Shown piece by piece: positions 12,190-28,099 of a stretch of DNA of 60,251 nucleotides. How positions within the stretch are numbered: the first letter of the stretch is position 1; every line of letters starts with the position of its first letter. The stretch comes from Reclinomonas americana ATCC 50394 (lineage: Eukaryota). Location of the stretch: assembly GCA_048213135.1 (NCBI GenBank), contig PS015020.1, forward strand, positions 636,055 to 696,305, given 5' to 3'. The notes beneath the pieces are model-generated. The model was not told the DNA's origin, ran no database searches, and saw only the letters and a program-made list of their open reading frames with translations. The position numbers and the translations under genes were made by a program.

Positions 12190-13080
12190 CGCGCGTCTGG
12201 GGGGTTGTTTGAGAGGGTTTGTGGCAATTGTCCCGGGCCTTGGCGGCAAGGAGATGGAACCGCGGGAAACGGTCCTTTACGTAAACTCGTTTACAGAACC
12301 ACTCGATGATGAGCGGATGGATATCGGGCGACGCATGCACAGCACAGGCGCAGCAGACGATTATTGTGGATTGTGGACAACTGTTGAGAAGGTGTGCATA
12401 TCCATTGGAATTCCCGGCCAGGTTGACTTATGTCGACGTCGTCATGGATCATGACGCAACAGCGCAACCTGGAGCCCTTGAATAAAATTCTGGTTTCACA
12501 GAATCTTTGACCGCAGGAGCGTGGGTCCAAGTGTTTTAGAGAGCAATGCACTTGCTGTTCGAATTCGGTTTTCGTCGACTGGTCGAACGAAAAAGTTGCA
12601 GGAACCGGCGTCTCTTTGCTGTGCCTGGCACAGAAACAGGAATGTGTCGTCAAATGCACTGTTTGGCCACGCTTTATCTGACGTGTATCGCTGTTTTCGA
12701 TAAGTTAGAAGCTCAGAGAGCGAACACGCCCATGAGAAATCATTCGCTTTCGCCAAGATTGCCCGTTGCATTGACTCTCGGGATAGTTTCAGCTTGTTTG
12801 CCGATGAATGAATTGTTGTGTTGCCCGACGACGAATGCGTATCAAGAACCCCACGCAATCGCTTGGGTCATCGAGATGTCTCGTGTGCCCACGCAAGATG
12901 GTGTTTTCCTGCTGCTGTTGCTGTTTGGACTAGTAAGTTGACAGCTGTTGATGGTTTGTTGGTGAATGAATTGTTGTTGTTGTCGCCTCGCCTCATTGTG
13001 TACACTCCAACCTTCTTCACCTCTAAACCCCCACCTACTCTCAATCCCTCTGCCTGCAACTCTCTCTCCATCTCCCCTTT

Positions 13081-14077
13081 TCACCGCTTTGGTGACGAGG
13101 CCGATGCCGGCGGGCTCGGATGCCTCGGTGGTGTCACCGCCGGCGATGCACTGGGCGTCGGCAGCCGTCCGTACGACAACGACGGCCGCAGTGTGCTGTC
13201 GGCCAGCGCGGGAATGTGGCGGAACAAGTCCAGGCTGGCGGGGTTGGCCAGCGCCTCACGATTGGTCGGCTCCTCCAGCCCATTGATGATGCGCTTCACA
13301 GCCACCTCCACCTTTTTTCCGTTGAGAGTGTATGGAATGTCGGCAATCGGCAGCACGAGACTCGGCACGTGTCGCGGACTGAGTTCGTTGCGAATGGCCG
13401 TCTTGATGCGTGACACCAAATCCTTTGTTTACAGAACACGAACGGGGGTGAGCAACTCGTGACGGAACCACACACACATGCAGCGCCGCTCTCTCTCTCA
13501 CTCTCTCTCTCTCTCTCTCTCTCACCGGCGTCAGCTCCTGGTCCTTCTTCATCAGCACAAAGAGAATCACCCGCTCGTCCTCCTCGACACGTTGCCCGAC
13601 GGCCAAGCTGTCGGCCACCTCCTCGAATCGCTCCACTGCGGATGCGGTGAGTCATCCACAGCAAGGTGACGGAAAAAGATAGTGGCGCCACGTACCGACA
13701 TTGTACAACTCGGCACTGCCGAAGCGCACGCCGGCGGGCTTGAGAGTGGCATCACTGCAGTAGTGCAGAGTGAGTGCCGATGCAACACGCAGGCAGAGTC
13801 TTCGCAGCACAAGCAGTCCTCGATAGCATTTTTTCTGCTATGCCTCCTGAGACAGAGGCAGACATTGCTCTCTCCGCCTCCTTGTTTGTTACTGCCAGGT
13901 CTCTCTCTCTCCGCCTCCACTACTTTCGCAAACGACTCTGTCTCTCATCCTCAACGACAAGCATCATACACGAGACAGGGCGTCTTGTCCCTCATTCTCT
14001 CTCTCTCTCTCTCAAGCACAGCGGTCTCCTGAGAAGAAAAATTCAGACAGCCTTCATTGCTGTTTCTACGCACTGTA

Positions 14078-14149
<72 letters not shown>

Positions 14150-14448
14150 CTACTCCTACTCTCTACTCTCTCTACTCTACTACTCTCTCTCTCTACGTCT
14201 CTCGTCCTNNNNNNNNNNNNNNNNNNNNNNNNNNNNNNNNNNNNNNNNNNNNNNNNNNNNNNNNNNNNNNNNNNNNNNNNNNNNNNNNNNNNNNNNNNNN
14301 NNNNNNNNNNNNNNNNNNNNNNNNNNNNNNNNNNNNNNNNNNNNNNNNNNNNNNNNNCGGTACGTACGTACGTAACGTAACGTAAACGTAACGTAACGTA
14401 ACTACGTACTACCGTACTTACGTTCTCGTTCGTTCGTCGTACTACGTC

Positions 14449-14514
<66 letters not shown>

Positions 14515-14587
14515 CACTACTTTCGCAAACGACTCTGTCTCTCATCCTCAACGACAGGCATCATGCACGAGACGGGGCGTCTTGTCC

Positions 14588-14626
<39 letters not shown>

Positions 14627-17481
14627 AAGCACAGTGGTCTCCCGAGAAGAAAAAATGCAGACAGCCTTCATTGCTGTTTCTACGCACTGCAGTCATTCTC
14701 TCTCTCTCAAGCGCACTTGCCTGCTGAATAAGGAGACTGCAGACAACTGTCTCTCTCACCCTCGATGCAGTCTCCATGCACAACAGTCTGTCTCTCTTTC
14801 TCTCTTTTCTCTCTCTTCTCTCTCTTTTCTCTCTCTTTCTCTCTCTCCCTAACCCCCCCCCCTCTCTCTCCCTCCATCACCCACCTGCGACCGTGCATCC
14901 AAATACCCCCCGTCGCCGCATTGATCGTGATAAAGTCACCGTGCGCCCACTTGCCCTCAAACATGGCAAAGTAGGCGTTGTGGTACTTTTGACCGTCGGC
15001 ATCATTCCAAAAGTAAATCGGCATGGACGGGAACGGAACGGTGCACACCAATTCGCCCTCGCGGTCATGCACCGGCTGGCCTGCACGCAGAGCAGAAAAG
15101 AGTGAATGAGCGCACGTACGATCCGCAACAGAGCTATCGGGAGCGGATATGTTCACGCACCCAGCGAGTCGAACGCAAAGACGGCCATGCCCAAGTGACG
15201 TGCCTGAATCTCGCCACGATGCACCGGCATCATCGGATTGGAGCCCATGAAGCAGCCGAGAATGTCGGTGCCACCTGGTGCATGCAGGCAAGAATGAAAA
15301 AATGATGAATATCGTGTGATAAGATGACGGCGACAAGAGAACGGCGGCCTCACCAGAAATGGAGCCGAGCATCACATCGGCCTTGATGGAGCGATAAATG
15401 TAATCAAAACTCTCCGACTTGAGCGTCGAGCCAGTCGACAGCACGGCTCGCAGACGGCGCAGTTGGTGTGTCTCGCCTGCGCACATGCACGGGACAATGA
15501 GCAACAACAACACAGCAGTCGCAGCTCGCCACGACCGACGCAACGAGGGCAAGCGCCGGCCTCCTCCAGAGCAGAAAAGTACTTGGCACTGGCGCCAAAC
15601 ACGGAAATGTCGTGCGCATCCACCATGTCCCACAGCACGCTGCAGCGCACGTGAGAAAAATGGGATGCAGCATTACGACGAGCGCAACCTGCAGCGCAAC
15701 TTGCAATCGGGCATGAACGGATTGCCGTCGTAAAGCACAAGCGTGGCACCGGCCACCAGGCCGGAGACTAGCCAGTGGAACATCATCCACGCGCACGTGG
15801 TGAAGAAGAACAGCGTGTCGTCGGCTCGCAAGTCCGACTGCAACAGGTGCTCCTCCATGTGCTTCAGCAGTGTGCCGCCAGCCGAGTGCTAGCACGCACC
15901 AGCTAGTTAGTAGGACTGCGAGGTGGAGGCGACAATAGCAGCAGCAGCGAGAGCGCAACGACAATGCACTTGGGCTTGCCGGTCGTGCCCGACGAGTACA
16001 AGATGAACAGTGGATGACTGCTCGGCAGCTGCTCAAACTCCAGCGGTGGCACTGTGCCATCAGCAGCTGTGCCCTTGGCCATAAAGTCGCTCCAGTCCAT
16101 GCTGCAAGGGGAGGCAAGGGGAAAGTGAGAGCACAAGAAAAGAGAGAGCGAAATAGAGCGGGTGCAGATCGCACACCAGTTGGGAATGACTGACAGGTCG
16201 TCCACTTGTGGAATCGGGCAAGGTGTGAACACGACGACGGCTTCGAGGGTGGGAATGGCTGCGCGCAGAGTTCATCGGTGAGGTACGTAGAGAAAGGAAG
16301 AACGCCTCGCAGAGTATCGAACAGAACAAGGAACACATCACACACGCACGAGAACAGCCACGCACACAAACATAAGCAGACGGCCATTCACACACCCACA
16401 CGCACATGCGCACTCACAGACACGAGAAGTCAGTCATTCACATATTCGCCCAACGCGCCCACAAACACGCACACGCGCTTTCCCTACGGCACACAGAACA
16501 GTCAAGTGTACAACTACGACAAGGACGACGAGAACCCAACACACGTACCGGCACAAATGAGAGCAGGCAAGTAAACAAACACGACACATCATCACAGCAT
16601 GTACAAAAACAATTTCCCAGACCAACGCACAATGCCACTAACTCTAACTCACATACGCGCGAGCACACAACTGCAGCCGCAATTCCAATCTCTGTCTCCC
16701 TCCCTCCCTCCCTCCCTCTTTCCCTCCATGATGCGCTCACCATGCGCAATCTCCACAATCTTGTCAAACAACGCATGCGTCTTTCCACGATAGCACTGGG
16801 AACGCGAGGCAAACAGTACACGCGGACCAATCTGGCTGAATCGGTCGACCACCGCCTGCGCCCTCACGCACAACGGTAAGCGTGCACGCACACACACCAA
16901 CTCTCCTCGCCACGCCAAACTCACCGACACGCCGAAATCCGGCGACGTGGTCGAGTAGACGGCACCGAGTGCACCGCACGCCAGCAGCACAATGGTGGCC
17001 TCCAAAGTGTTGGTGACAAAGCCGACAACACGGTCGCCGGCTGTCACACCGAGCGCACGCAGTGCGTGCTCACACTGTGCCACTTGCTGGCACAGTGCGA
17101 AAAGAAGGTGTGAGGCGGAGAGACACAGCGGGGGAAATCGCGGAGAGAGCTCACCTCGCGCAGCTGTGCGTACGTTAGGCGCTTGACATCGGCCGAGTTC
17201 TCCACCAGCGAGATCAAGGCCGTGCGGTCGTCGCTGCCGGCCGCCAGCAAATTCTCGGTGAAATTGAAACGAGCGTCCAGGAACCAGCGGGGGATCTCGT
17301 TCATGGGCTTGTCCTCGAGCACCTGGTGCGTGTGAGCGGGTGAGAAAGGGGGAAGAGGGGCCATACGACGAAGAGAGAAGAGCTTTCTTAATCGTACTTT
17401 CTCTCTTACTGCTCCTGCTGATTGCCTTGCCTCTCAGTATCTTGCTTGGCATCCTCCTTGTTAATTCTCTCTTGTTTACGT

Positions 17482-17532
<51 letters not shown>

Positions 17533-18580
17533 TACTCTCTCGTACCCCTCACCCTCTACCTCTCTCTATCATTTGGCACCACAAGAGACAATAATCGGAA
17601 GGAAAAAATGGCAGCACTCCCAGCCATACACACCTTGGTGAACGGAACGGAAGCGCGCACGCCGCAATACTCCCACAGCACGCCCCACATATCGGCCGGA
17701 TGATCGATACTCCACTGCCACAGCTCGGGATAGGTGGCTGTGCAGGCGAGTGAGTGAAGGTGACGTGGAGAGAATGAGAGCGCAGAATGCACAGTGTACT
17801 ACAGCTCGCTTTGCAGATGCACGCGAAAGATGTCGGTGCAGAACAGCGGTGAGATATCGCAATGTTGCACTTCAGCGCATCGGGAACACAGACGGGATGC
17901 ACCGAGGACAGGATCACAACGCGAGACATGTCTGACTGTCTCCGCAGGAGAGTGCACTGAAGTCACACAAACGAGAGGCGAGTTCTCACTCTGCGTTTGG
18001 CTCACGGAATCAAGCACGTAACAGGAGAATGCACGATACGACGCAAGAAGGATGACGGCAGACACTCAACGAGAATGCATTGCGAATCCCCCGACGACAC
18101 TCTCTCTCTCTCTCTCACTCTCTCTCTCTCTCTCTACTCTCTCTCTCTCTACTACTACTACTACTCGTACTACTACNNNNNNNNNNNNNNNNNNNNNNNN
18201 NNNNNNNNNNNNNNNNNNNNNNNNNNNNNNNNNNNNNNNNNNNNNNNNNNNNNNNNNNNNNNNNNNNNNNNNNNNNNNNNNNNNNNNNNNNNNNNNNNNN
18301 NNNNNNNNNNNNNNNNNNNNNNNNNNNNNNNNNNNNNNNNNNNNNNNNNNNNNNNNNNNNNNNNNNNNNNNNNNNNNNNNNNNNNNNNNNNNNNNNNNNN
18401 NNNNNNNNNNNNNNNNNNNNNNNNNNNNNNNNNNNNNNNNNNNNNNNNNNNNNNNNNNNNNNNNNNNNNNNNNNNNNNNNNNNNNNNNNNNNNNNNGTAC
18501 GTACGTACGTACGTACGTACGTACGTACGTACGTACGTACGTACGTACGTACGTACGTACGTACTACTACGTACTACGTA

Positions 18581-18679
<99 letters not shown>

Positions 18680-18989
18680 CGCATGCATGCACTCTCGGAA
18701 AAACATCATGCATGATGAAATGCCACGATGCCACTCTCTCTCTCTCCCTCTCACACACTCTTCCCAACTCTCGGAAAAAACAACATGCATGATCGATTGC
18801 CACGATGCCACTCTCTCTCTCTCTCTCCCTCTCATTCTTCCCCTCTCCTCCACCCTTCCCATCATTCTCCACTCAACTCATCGACAATCCATATCGCTCA
18901 TTGACCAACACACGAAAGTGATTCAATCGCGACTGCTCCACTTGCGCAGCACTCGGCTGCCACAGCAGCGAATCAAAGGCATCACTCAT
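13081..18989 (-). CDS. AACS: Acetoacetyl-CoA synthetase (acetoacetate-CoA ligase, ANL adenylating family); multi-exon, spans two gaps
   Basis: [13 protein letters not shown]...[24 protein letters not shown]-loop [81 protein letters not shown]. Confidence 0.93.
14209..14357. other. Assembly gap (N run); further gaps at 18177-18496, 22823-22934, 38356-38857 and 58794-59443
   Basis: Runs of N, each flanked by (CT)n/(GA)n. Confidence 1.
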
Positions 18990-19570
18990 GGCCTATTAAT
19001 AGCTACGGTCACTAGAAATGCGTGCGTGTGTGCGAGGATGCGAAGGGAGCACACCACGGCGTTCTCGCGTGACAAAATACAGAAATCAATCTGTCCTGCG
19101 CGCTGGGGACAGCGACGAAGCTTGACGTTTCTCTCCCACATCCGCCCATCGCCACCTCACGAGCCTCATCGATGCACCACCACTCCCCCGCGCGCACCGC
19201 TCTTCATTCTCCCTTCCCCCCGTTCTGCGCACAACATTCACCGACCCAGCCGACCAACGGGCCAGCCGACCGTTTCGAATGGGGGTGTTGCTTGCCACAA
19301 CCGAACAGCACTGTCCCTCGATTTTTTCCACCTCACCCTCTCTAGCTCTCTCAACACCTCGCTCGCCCCCGTGTTCCTCGTTGCTTCTCCTCCCGGAATA
19401 CCCGAGTGGTGAGTTGCTCCGATGTGTCTGGAGTGCGGCAACTGCCGTGCAGATAAATGCGTCTTTGGCAGTTTGCGCGCGAACGACCGTTGGATCGCTT
19501 TCGGACAGGCCAATCATCCCGCGAGCAGCCGTTGCAGTTCTTTTCACGTCATTTTTTTATTGACTCGTGA

Positions 19571-21577
<2,007 letters not shown>

Positions 21578-21923
21578 ACACGCGTTGACTCGCGTGTCGA
21601 GTAGAGTGGAGGGTTGTGGTGGCGGTATTGCTTGTCAATGTCGCTGCTGCATCTCTTGTTGTCTCCACTACCCGACTGGCTTCCTTCTTTGGCTTGTTTT
21701 GCGTTTGCTCCAGCGCGTTAACTTTTTCTTACCAACACGCAAGCAATTTGCTGAATCCCCTACACCTTGGAAATGAAAAAAAAGACGAAAACCTTTAAAA
21801 ACAAATCACGGGGAATCGAAGGGAAGAAGAAGAAAAACAAAGCCAAACAAAGCCAAGCCACTTGCGACGTCCGATCAAATGTCCTCCTTCGGTCTGTGGT
21901 CTTGAAATCGCTCGACAATCAAG

Positions 21924-22967
21924 ATGGTGGCGGTGGCAGATGAGCGGCATGTGACCGACCTGCGTGGCATGGGCTTTGATGAGCACATGGCGCGGCGTGC
22001 ACTCGAGGTGTGTGTCAATGCAAGAAGAGCAGGGTGTGTGTGTGTGTGTCCAGCGCAATCGAGCATGTCACGCAGACGCCCCGCTTGCACACTCGCACGC
22101 ACACAGAGGCACTCGCTTGGTGCTAGGAGGGAGTGGGAGAGAGAGAGAGACAGGAGGGAGTGGGAAAGTGTGCGAGGATTGGCTATTTCTCTTGTTGTCT
22201 GTTGTCTTGTCTCGCGCCACAAGTGAGAGAGAGAACAAGGAGAAGGGAAGAGAGTGCATGTGCTGTGTGTGCGTGTGTGAGAGTATTTCGCAATGCGCTG
22301 TTGTCTGCAATGCAACAACTCATCACTCTATTTTCTCTCTCGCGCGCGCAGCAAGCGGATAACAACATTGATCGTGCCATTGACTTGCTCACCTCCGGAG
22401 CCTTGGCGGGTGCAGCGGGGATGCCGCCGCCGGGTCCTGTGGTGAGTCGAAAGAAGAAATGATCTCTTGGAGGTCTCTCTCTCTCTCTCTGACTCGCTCA
22501 CTGTCTTGTCTCTCACGCGTCGCAGCAAGGACCCGTCAGTGCGCCCGTGACTGGCAGTGCTGCTGATGATGACATGGCGCGAGTTGAGTTGCTGCTGGTG
22601 TTTGTGTGAGGGAGAGGGAGATTGAGACAACTCGACACAGCTCTGTGTTTTCGCGCTTCCCTGTCTCTCTTTCATCTCTTGTGCGACAAGTCCTCACATG
22701 CGAGACAACTCGACACAGCTGTGTGTGTTCGCGCTGCATCCAGTCTCTCCCGTTCATCTCTTGTGCGACAAGTCCTCACATGCGAGACGTCCGTCTCTCT
22801 CTCTCTCTCTCTCTCTCTCTCTNNNNNNNNNNNNNNNNNNNNNNNNNNNNNNNNNNNNNNNNNNNNNNNNNNNNNNNNNNNNNNNNNNNNNNNNNNNNNN
22901 NNNNNNNNNNNNNNNNNNNNNNNNNNNNNNNNNNTCCGGTCCGGTCCGTACGTCGTCGTCGTCTCTC

Positions 22968-23014
<47 letters not shown>

Positions 23015-26000
23015 ATTGATGTTGTCATGCTCATCCTCGCCTCACCTCTCTTCCCCCAGTACGATGCCTCGTTGAACGAGGCCATTGCACAGTCGTTGCA
23101 GCAGCCGCAGGGTGCAGCTGGTCTCTTCTCGTCGTACGAGGTGGAGAATCCGCACGAGAGAAAACGAAAGGATACCACGTGAGTGCGAATCGGCGTTCCG
23201 CTTGTTTTTGCTGGGTTGTTGACGCCTTCTCATGTTGCTGAGCAGACCCGTCGGCGTCAAGAATGTCGGCAACACGTGCTACTTCAACTCGCTTCTGCAG
23301 GTCAGAGTTGTTTCGCTCGAGTGAGTCGTCCTTTCTTGTTGTTCACGGTCCCGCTCCAGACGTACTTTTCGATTCCCGACTTCCGCTACATGGTGCTCCG
23401 TGCCACCATTCCCGAGGAGGACAGTCCGCTCCCCGATGCCGCCGCTGGTGGCAGCGGTTCAGCGGCAGCACCGAGCACGTCGGGTGTGGAGGTATGTCGT
23501 GCGAGCAAGAGAGATCTCTCTTTCCCCCGTTTTTTTTTAAATTGTGTCGCCGTGTTAGCCCATGGAAACAGACGGTGACATGCCAGTGTATGGTCCGCTG
23601 AACCGTGGTGCGTTTAACCCGAATGAAGCACTCGACTGCGTCTCTCTAGTCGTGCTGACCGACTGCCCTCCGCAGATGACGACAACAACAAGGAGAACAA
23701 TGTCGCGGCGCCGCGCTTGACTGCCCGCCAGCGTGCCGCCAAGAGTTACTTCCTATCGCAGTGTTTGTCGTGGATGTCACCGCAGCGTGCTGAGTGTGGC
23801 TCTCGTGCAGCACTCCGAGCCTTGCAAATTTTGTTTGGCGAGCTGATGTACACGAAGCGCCAGTATGTGGATCCGTCTGCTCTGTTGAGCAGTCTCACCG
23901 ACAGTGCTGGCAATCAGATCCGCATTGGCGAGCAAGAGGACGCAGGAGGTGTGTGAGGGTGTGGGTATCAGAAGAGGCCGCGCGTGCCTCACTCTCTCCG
24001 CTCGCCACAGAGTTCCACAACCTGTTCTTGGATCGTTTGGAAGACATTCTGAAGCACGAAATGGTCCCTGCCACTCCCGTGCCTGGCGCCGTGCGCACTT
24101 TCGATGGTGCACTTGGTCAGACGTTTCTTGATTGGTCATGAGTTCTCTCTCTCAGTTGCCCTTGCTGCTACAGATCCCGACGCCATGGACAGCTCACCGT
24201 CACCGTCCATTGTGCTTCGTTCGCCCGTGTCCGAGTCCGAGAACGTGATTCAAAAGTACGTGGTGGCTTTACGCCACTGTTGTCACTGCTGTACATTCAT
24301 TGTTGCTGTCGACAACAGGCTGTTTTACGGACGCACTGTGGACTTCCTGGACACCAAGGAGGAAGACGGCACGCCGGTGCATTTGCGTGTCGACACACGC
24401 GTGTCTGCACTGGTGCGGTTTCTGCATGGGAATTCCATGATCTCTGCTCTCGTCTCACGCTTCCCCCCCATTGCTGCAGCACTTGCCGCTCGTGGCCGAC
24501 GCACCCGACCTGCACGCTGCGCTGTCTCGGGAAATGTGCGACGAAGTTGAGTTCAGCACGCCGTTGGGATACAAGACAAAGGCGCACAAGACGAGATGGT
24601 TGGAGCGTTCGCCGCCGGTGCTGTTTTTCCAGGTCCAGGTGTGTTTCGTTGACGGCGTTCGGGGGTTCTTTGCGCCCTGCATTCTGCTTGTCGCTCTCTG
24701 GTTGTCGCGCTTTGCTTACAACTCATTGCCTGTCACTGTTGCTTCTCGCTTTCTGCTTGTCGCTTTCTGCTTGCCGCTCTTTGCTTCTCGCTCTTTGCTT
24801 CTCGCTCTCTGCCTGTCGCTCTGCTTTTCGCCTTGCTTGTCGATCTTTGCTTGCCGCTCTCTGGGTGTCGCTCTCTGGGTGTCTCTCTTTGGCTGTCCTC
24901 TGCTGTCGCTCTCCTTCCCTTTTACTTCCCCTCGATTTCTTCTTCCTTCGCCTTATTTGCTCTCCCTCTTTACCTCCCCCTCTCCACACTCTGACGATGC
25001 GCTTTCTGTGCAGCGCGTCTCATACGACAAGGCCAAGTCGGCGCTGACCAAGGTCGATCTGCCGCTCTCGTTCGACACCGACATTCTCATGGATCGGTGT
25101 GTACTTCCTTTTTGGACTCGTCACATTGCCCTCCCTCACACGTGCCCCCTTTCTTCGCACAGATACATGTACTCGAATCGCGACAGCGTCACTCGCCGTC
25201 GTGTCGAGGAGGCGGAGTTGCGACGACGGATGGAGGCTGCTCGTGCACGTCTTGCCGAATTCGTCAGCTACAAGGGCAGCGGTGTGAGTCTCAGCGCGAG
25301 TCTGCGCAACACGGCCACCTACCTGCAGTCGGTGCTGGAGGGCGAGGTTGGTGGATCACTCTACCCTGTTTCCTGTTTCATTTCCCCTCTGAACTCTCTG
25401 CGGCACAGGCCTTGGCGCACGTGGCCGACGCGTCTGCCGTTGAGCGCGAGGTGCTCACCGACGCCATTGGTCGACTTGACGGGTTCCGCACGCAGGTGGA
25501 CGCCGAAGTCGACGGTGTGTGTGTGTGTGTCTCTCTGTGTATATGTAAGATGCCTCTGTCACCCCTTTCTTCCATCGCCCACTCCTCGTGTCGGTATGGC
25601 ATGGCAGCTCTGGAGGCGGAGATTGCCAACTTGCAGAAGGAGATCGATTCCAAGTACGCCGACATGCAGCAGAACAGATACACGCTCACCACCGTCATGA
25701 TCCACGTGGGAAGCGCCGGCAGCGGTCACTACTATGCGTACTTGCGCGACCCGAACACCGACAAGTGGTGGAAGTACAACGATCGCATTGTCATTGAGGT
25801 GTGTGTGTTCCGCTTGCGTCTGTTTGTTGGCCACCAACATCTCATGTGGGTGTTTGTGTGCATCAACGCAGGCCACCTACGAAGAGGTAATGACCGACAG
25901 CCGTGGTGGCACCGGACCGAACGGCGCCGCCGCCTACTGCTTGGTGTACATGGATCCGCACCGCGTGCATGTTGCTGGTGGGTGATGGTCGCGTGTGTCG

Positions 26001-27907
26001 AGGCGTGACAATTCTCATTATGCTCATGACCGCTGTCTGTCGTAGACTATGGTGTGCCGTCGCCGCTGGAGCAGTTGCCGGAGTTTGTCAAGGCGCACGT
26101 GCTGAAGGACGCGGATGCATTCGAGGCGGAGCTGAAGAAATGGGATGCCGACAATCGGGAAAAGTTGATGGCCAAAGTCTCCGAAGTGGTCAGCAAGCAT
26201 GCCGACTTTTTGCGGGAGGTGGAGACCAAGTACAAGGAGGGATTCGAGAAGGGTGAAAACAAGGACGGCAGAATCGACAAGTTGCGGTGGCTGCGCTCAC
26301 CTATTCACTTCGCTCCTCCTTTTTCACTCATTTCGCTGCTGTGCTGTCGATGGGTAGCTTTTACGCCTTTGTGTATTCGGCTGGCTTTGGCGACATTCTG
26401 CGTTGCATTGCCATTCGCGACGCATGGAGGTCAGTGTTCAGCACGGACATCAAGGTGAGCACTCTCTCTCGTCTTCTCCTTTTGCTCTCTTCATTCCCAC
26501 TCACTCCCCCCCTTCCACAGAATGAGGTCAGTTCGCCGTCCTTTGAGGCTCTCCAGGGCATGTTTGTCGGTCAGCGACTGCTGTTGACTGAGGAGGACGA
26601 CGCCGAGCTGAAGGTGGGTGGCGACTGCGCGAGTCATAATGTCCTTTACCGCACCGCTCACCCTCGTCCGCAGAAACTCGAGGAGCAACACGTGGTCTTC
26701 AAGGAGGCCACGCGCTGGTACGCGGCGCTGCTGTGGGACCTGAACATGCGCAATCTCGATCGCGTACCGCCGGTGCTGATTCAAGCCAAGAAGATGGATG
26801 ACCGCATTATCTATCCGACTGCATCGCGCTCTGTCCACATCAAGGCCGCTGCCAAGATGTTCATGGGGGTTTGTCATGCGAGCTTTTCCCTCTCATTGTC
26901 TCTTTCCTGTACCTGCCTCTCACACAAATCCGCTCGCTCTCTATCTCCTTTTCCTGTTCACAGCCGCTGGTGAACCAGACCCGCAGCTTTGTCACTGAGT
27001 TGCTCGACCGGCGGCACACGTATCCGTCTTCTGTCTCGCGCATCTACGCATACTCGGCGGCGTCGGTGGAGAGAGTGCTAAAGTCCATTCGCACCATGAC
27101 AACCGTTCTGTTGCACGTGTTCGACCAGGCCGAGCCGATTTTCGACGTGCTGCAGCAGATGCTGTTTGAGTGGCTGGTCAATCTGGTGGAGGTCAACGGC
27201 CTGATGAATGGTTCGCTTCGCCTCGCCACGTATCGGTCGGTGGTCTTCCATTTGTTGTGCCCGCTGATCTCACTGCGCATCGTCACACAGAGGCCGAGAG
27301 CATGGAAGCCGAAACCCTGATGGGCGCTCTGGCCTCTCGCGTCCCCGAATCCATGGTGCCGCCGCCCATACCGGCCGACACCAAGGAGGACGACCCCAAG
27401 TGCTACTCGCTGTACTTGTCGATGCGAGAGAACGATTTGCGAACCAAGGCCCAGTTTGACGTGGACGCCATCTTGGCACTCGATCCCTCGTTCGAATCCT
27501 TCCGGCATCACTCGATCGTCAACCCGCAGCCACCGTTGCTCGCCGCCCCGCCGGTCGCCCCAGTCGCTCCACCTGTACCGGCCTCTGCAGGACCCTCCGC
27601 ACCACCGGCTCCGTCGGCCTCTGGAGCTCTGCCACCCCCGCCCCCACTTCACCCCTCGGACCCGCCGCCACCACCACCACCGCCACCACCAGCAGCAGCA
27701 GCCGCCGAGGTCGAAATGTCGCCGGCGAGAGCAGAGGACAACGCGACCGCCGATGCAGCAGCGCCAGCTGTCGACGACGACATGGTCACCTCGATGGTCA
27801 CCGACGAAGACTCGAACGACAATGCACTCCCACCGGTGAATTCAGGCGCAGCCGCAGCAGCCGCAGCCGCCGCAGCCGCCGCCTCAGCAGCAGGTTCGTC
27901 CGAGTAA
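21924..27907 (+). CDS. USP25/USP28-like ubiquitin-specific protease (UBA + UIM + USP); multi-exon
   Basis: UBA (LRGMGFDEHMARRALE|QADNNIDRAIDLL), UIM-like DASLNEAIAQSL, Cys box NPHERKRKDT..VGVKNVGNTCYFNSLLQ, QEDAGEF, His box VMIHVGSAGSGHYYAY...WWKYND, AAAYCLVY. Confidence 0.9.
22624..22790. repeat. Intronic tandem repeat of about 78 bp (2 copies) next to a gap
   Basis: gagacaactcgacacagct...ttcatctcttgtgcgacaagtcctcacatgcgagac occurs twice. Confidence 0.85.
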
Positions 27908-28099
27908 AGAAAACGTCGCAACGTGCAAGAGACTCACCTTTTTATTTGATTGTGCGCAGAGCCTCCACCCTCGGTCCAATGAGGCATGTGTGCTTGCCAT
28001 AGGCGCAGACAATGAACAGAGAGAGAGAGAGTGACAAAAGAAAAATGAAGTTGTCCTGCAATCAGAAATGTCCGTTACACAAAAACCGCCTTGATCACA

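Noticed and set aside
13916-14700. Direct repeat of about 170 bp on both sides of a gap (similar at about 38220 and 38995), resembling LTRs
   Set aside because: No TG..CA ends, target duplication or coding core. These are intronic or intergenic tandem units, or overlapping contig ends.
17549-17929. ATG at 17929 as the AACS start
   Set aside because: An upstream exon (18989-18878, [13 protein letters not shown]) matches the family N-terminus and splices in frame, so this region is intron 1.
18497-18585. (TACG)n perfect repeat, also TACG/CGT-like runs at 14358-14450, 22935-22962 and 38321-38355
   Set aside because: They occur only at gap edges next to (CT)n and match the T-A-C-G flow order of pyrosequencing, so they are most likely low-quality read-end artefacts.
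18700-18815. Box C-like ATGATGA motif suggesting an intronic snoRNA
   Set aside because: No box D or terminal stem found; the motif is part of a short local duplication (tgccacgatgccactctctc twice).
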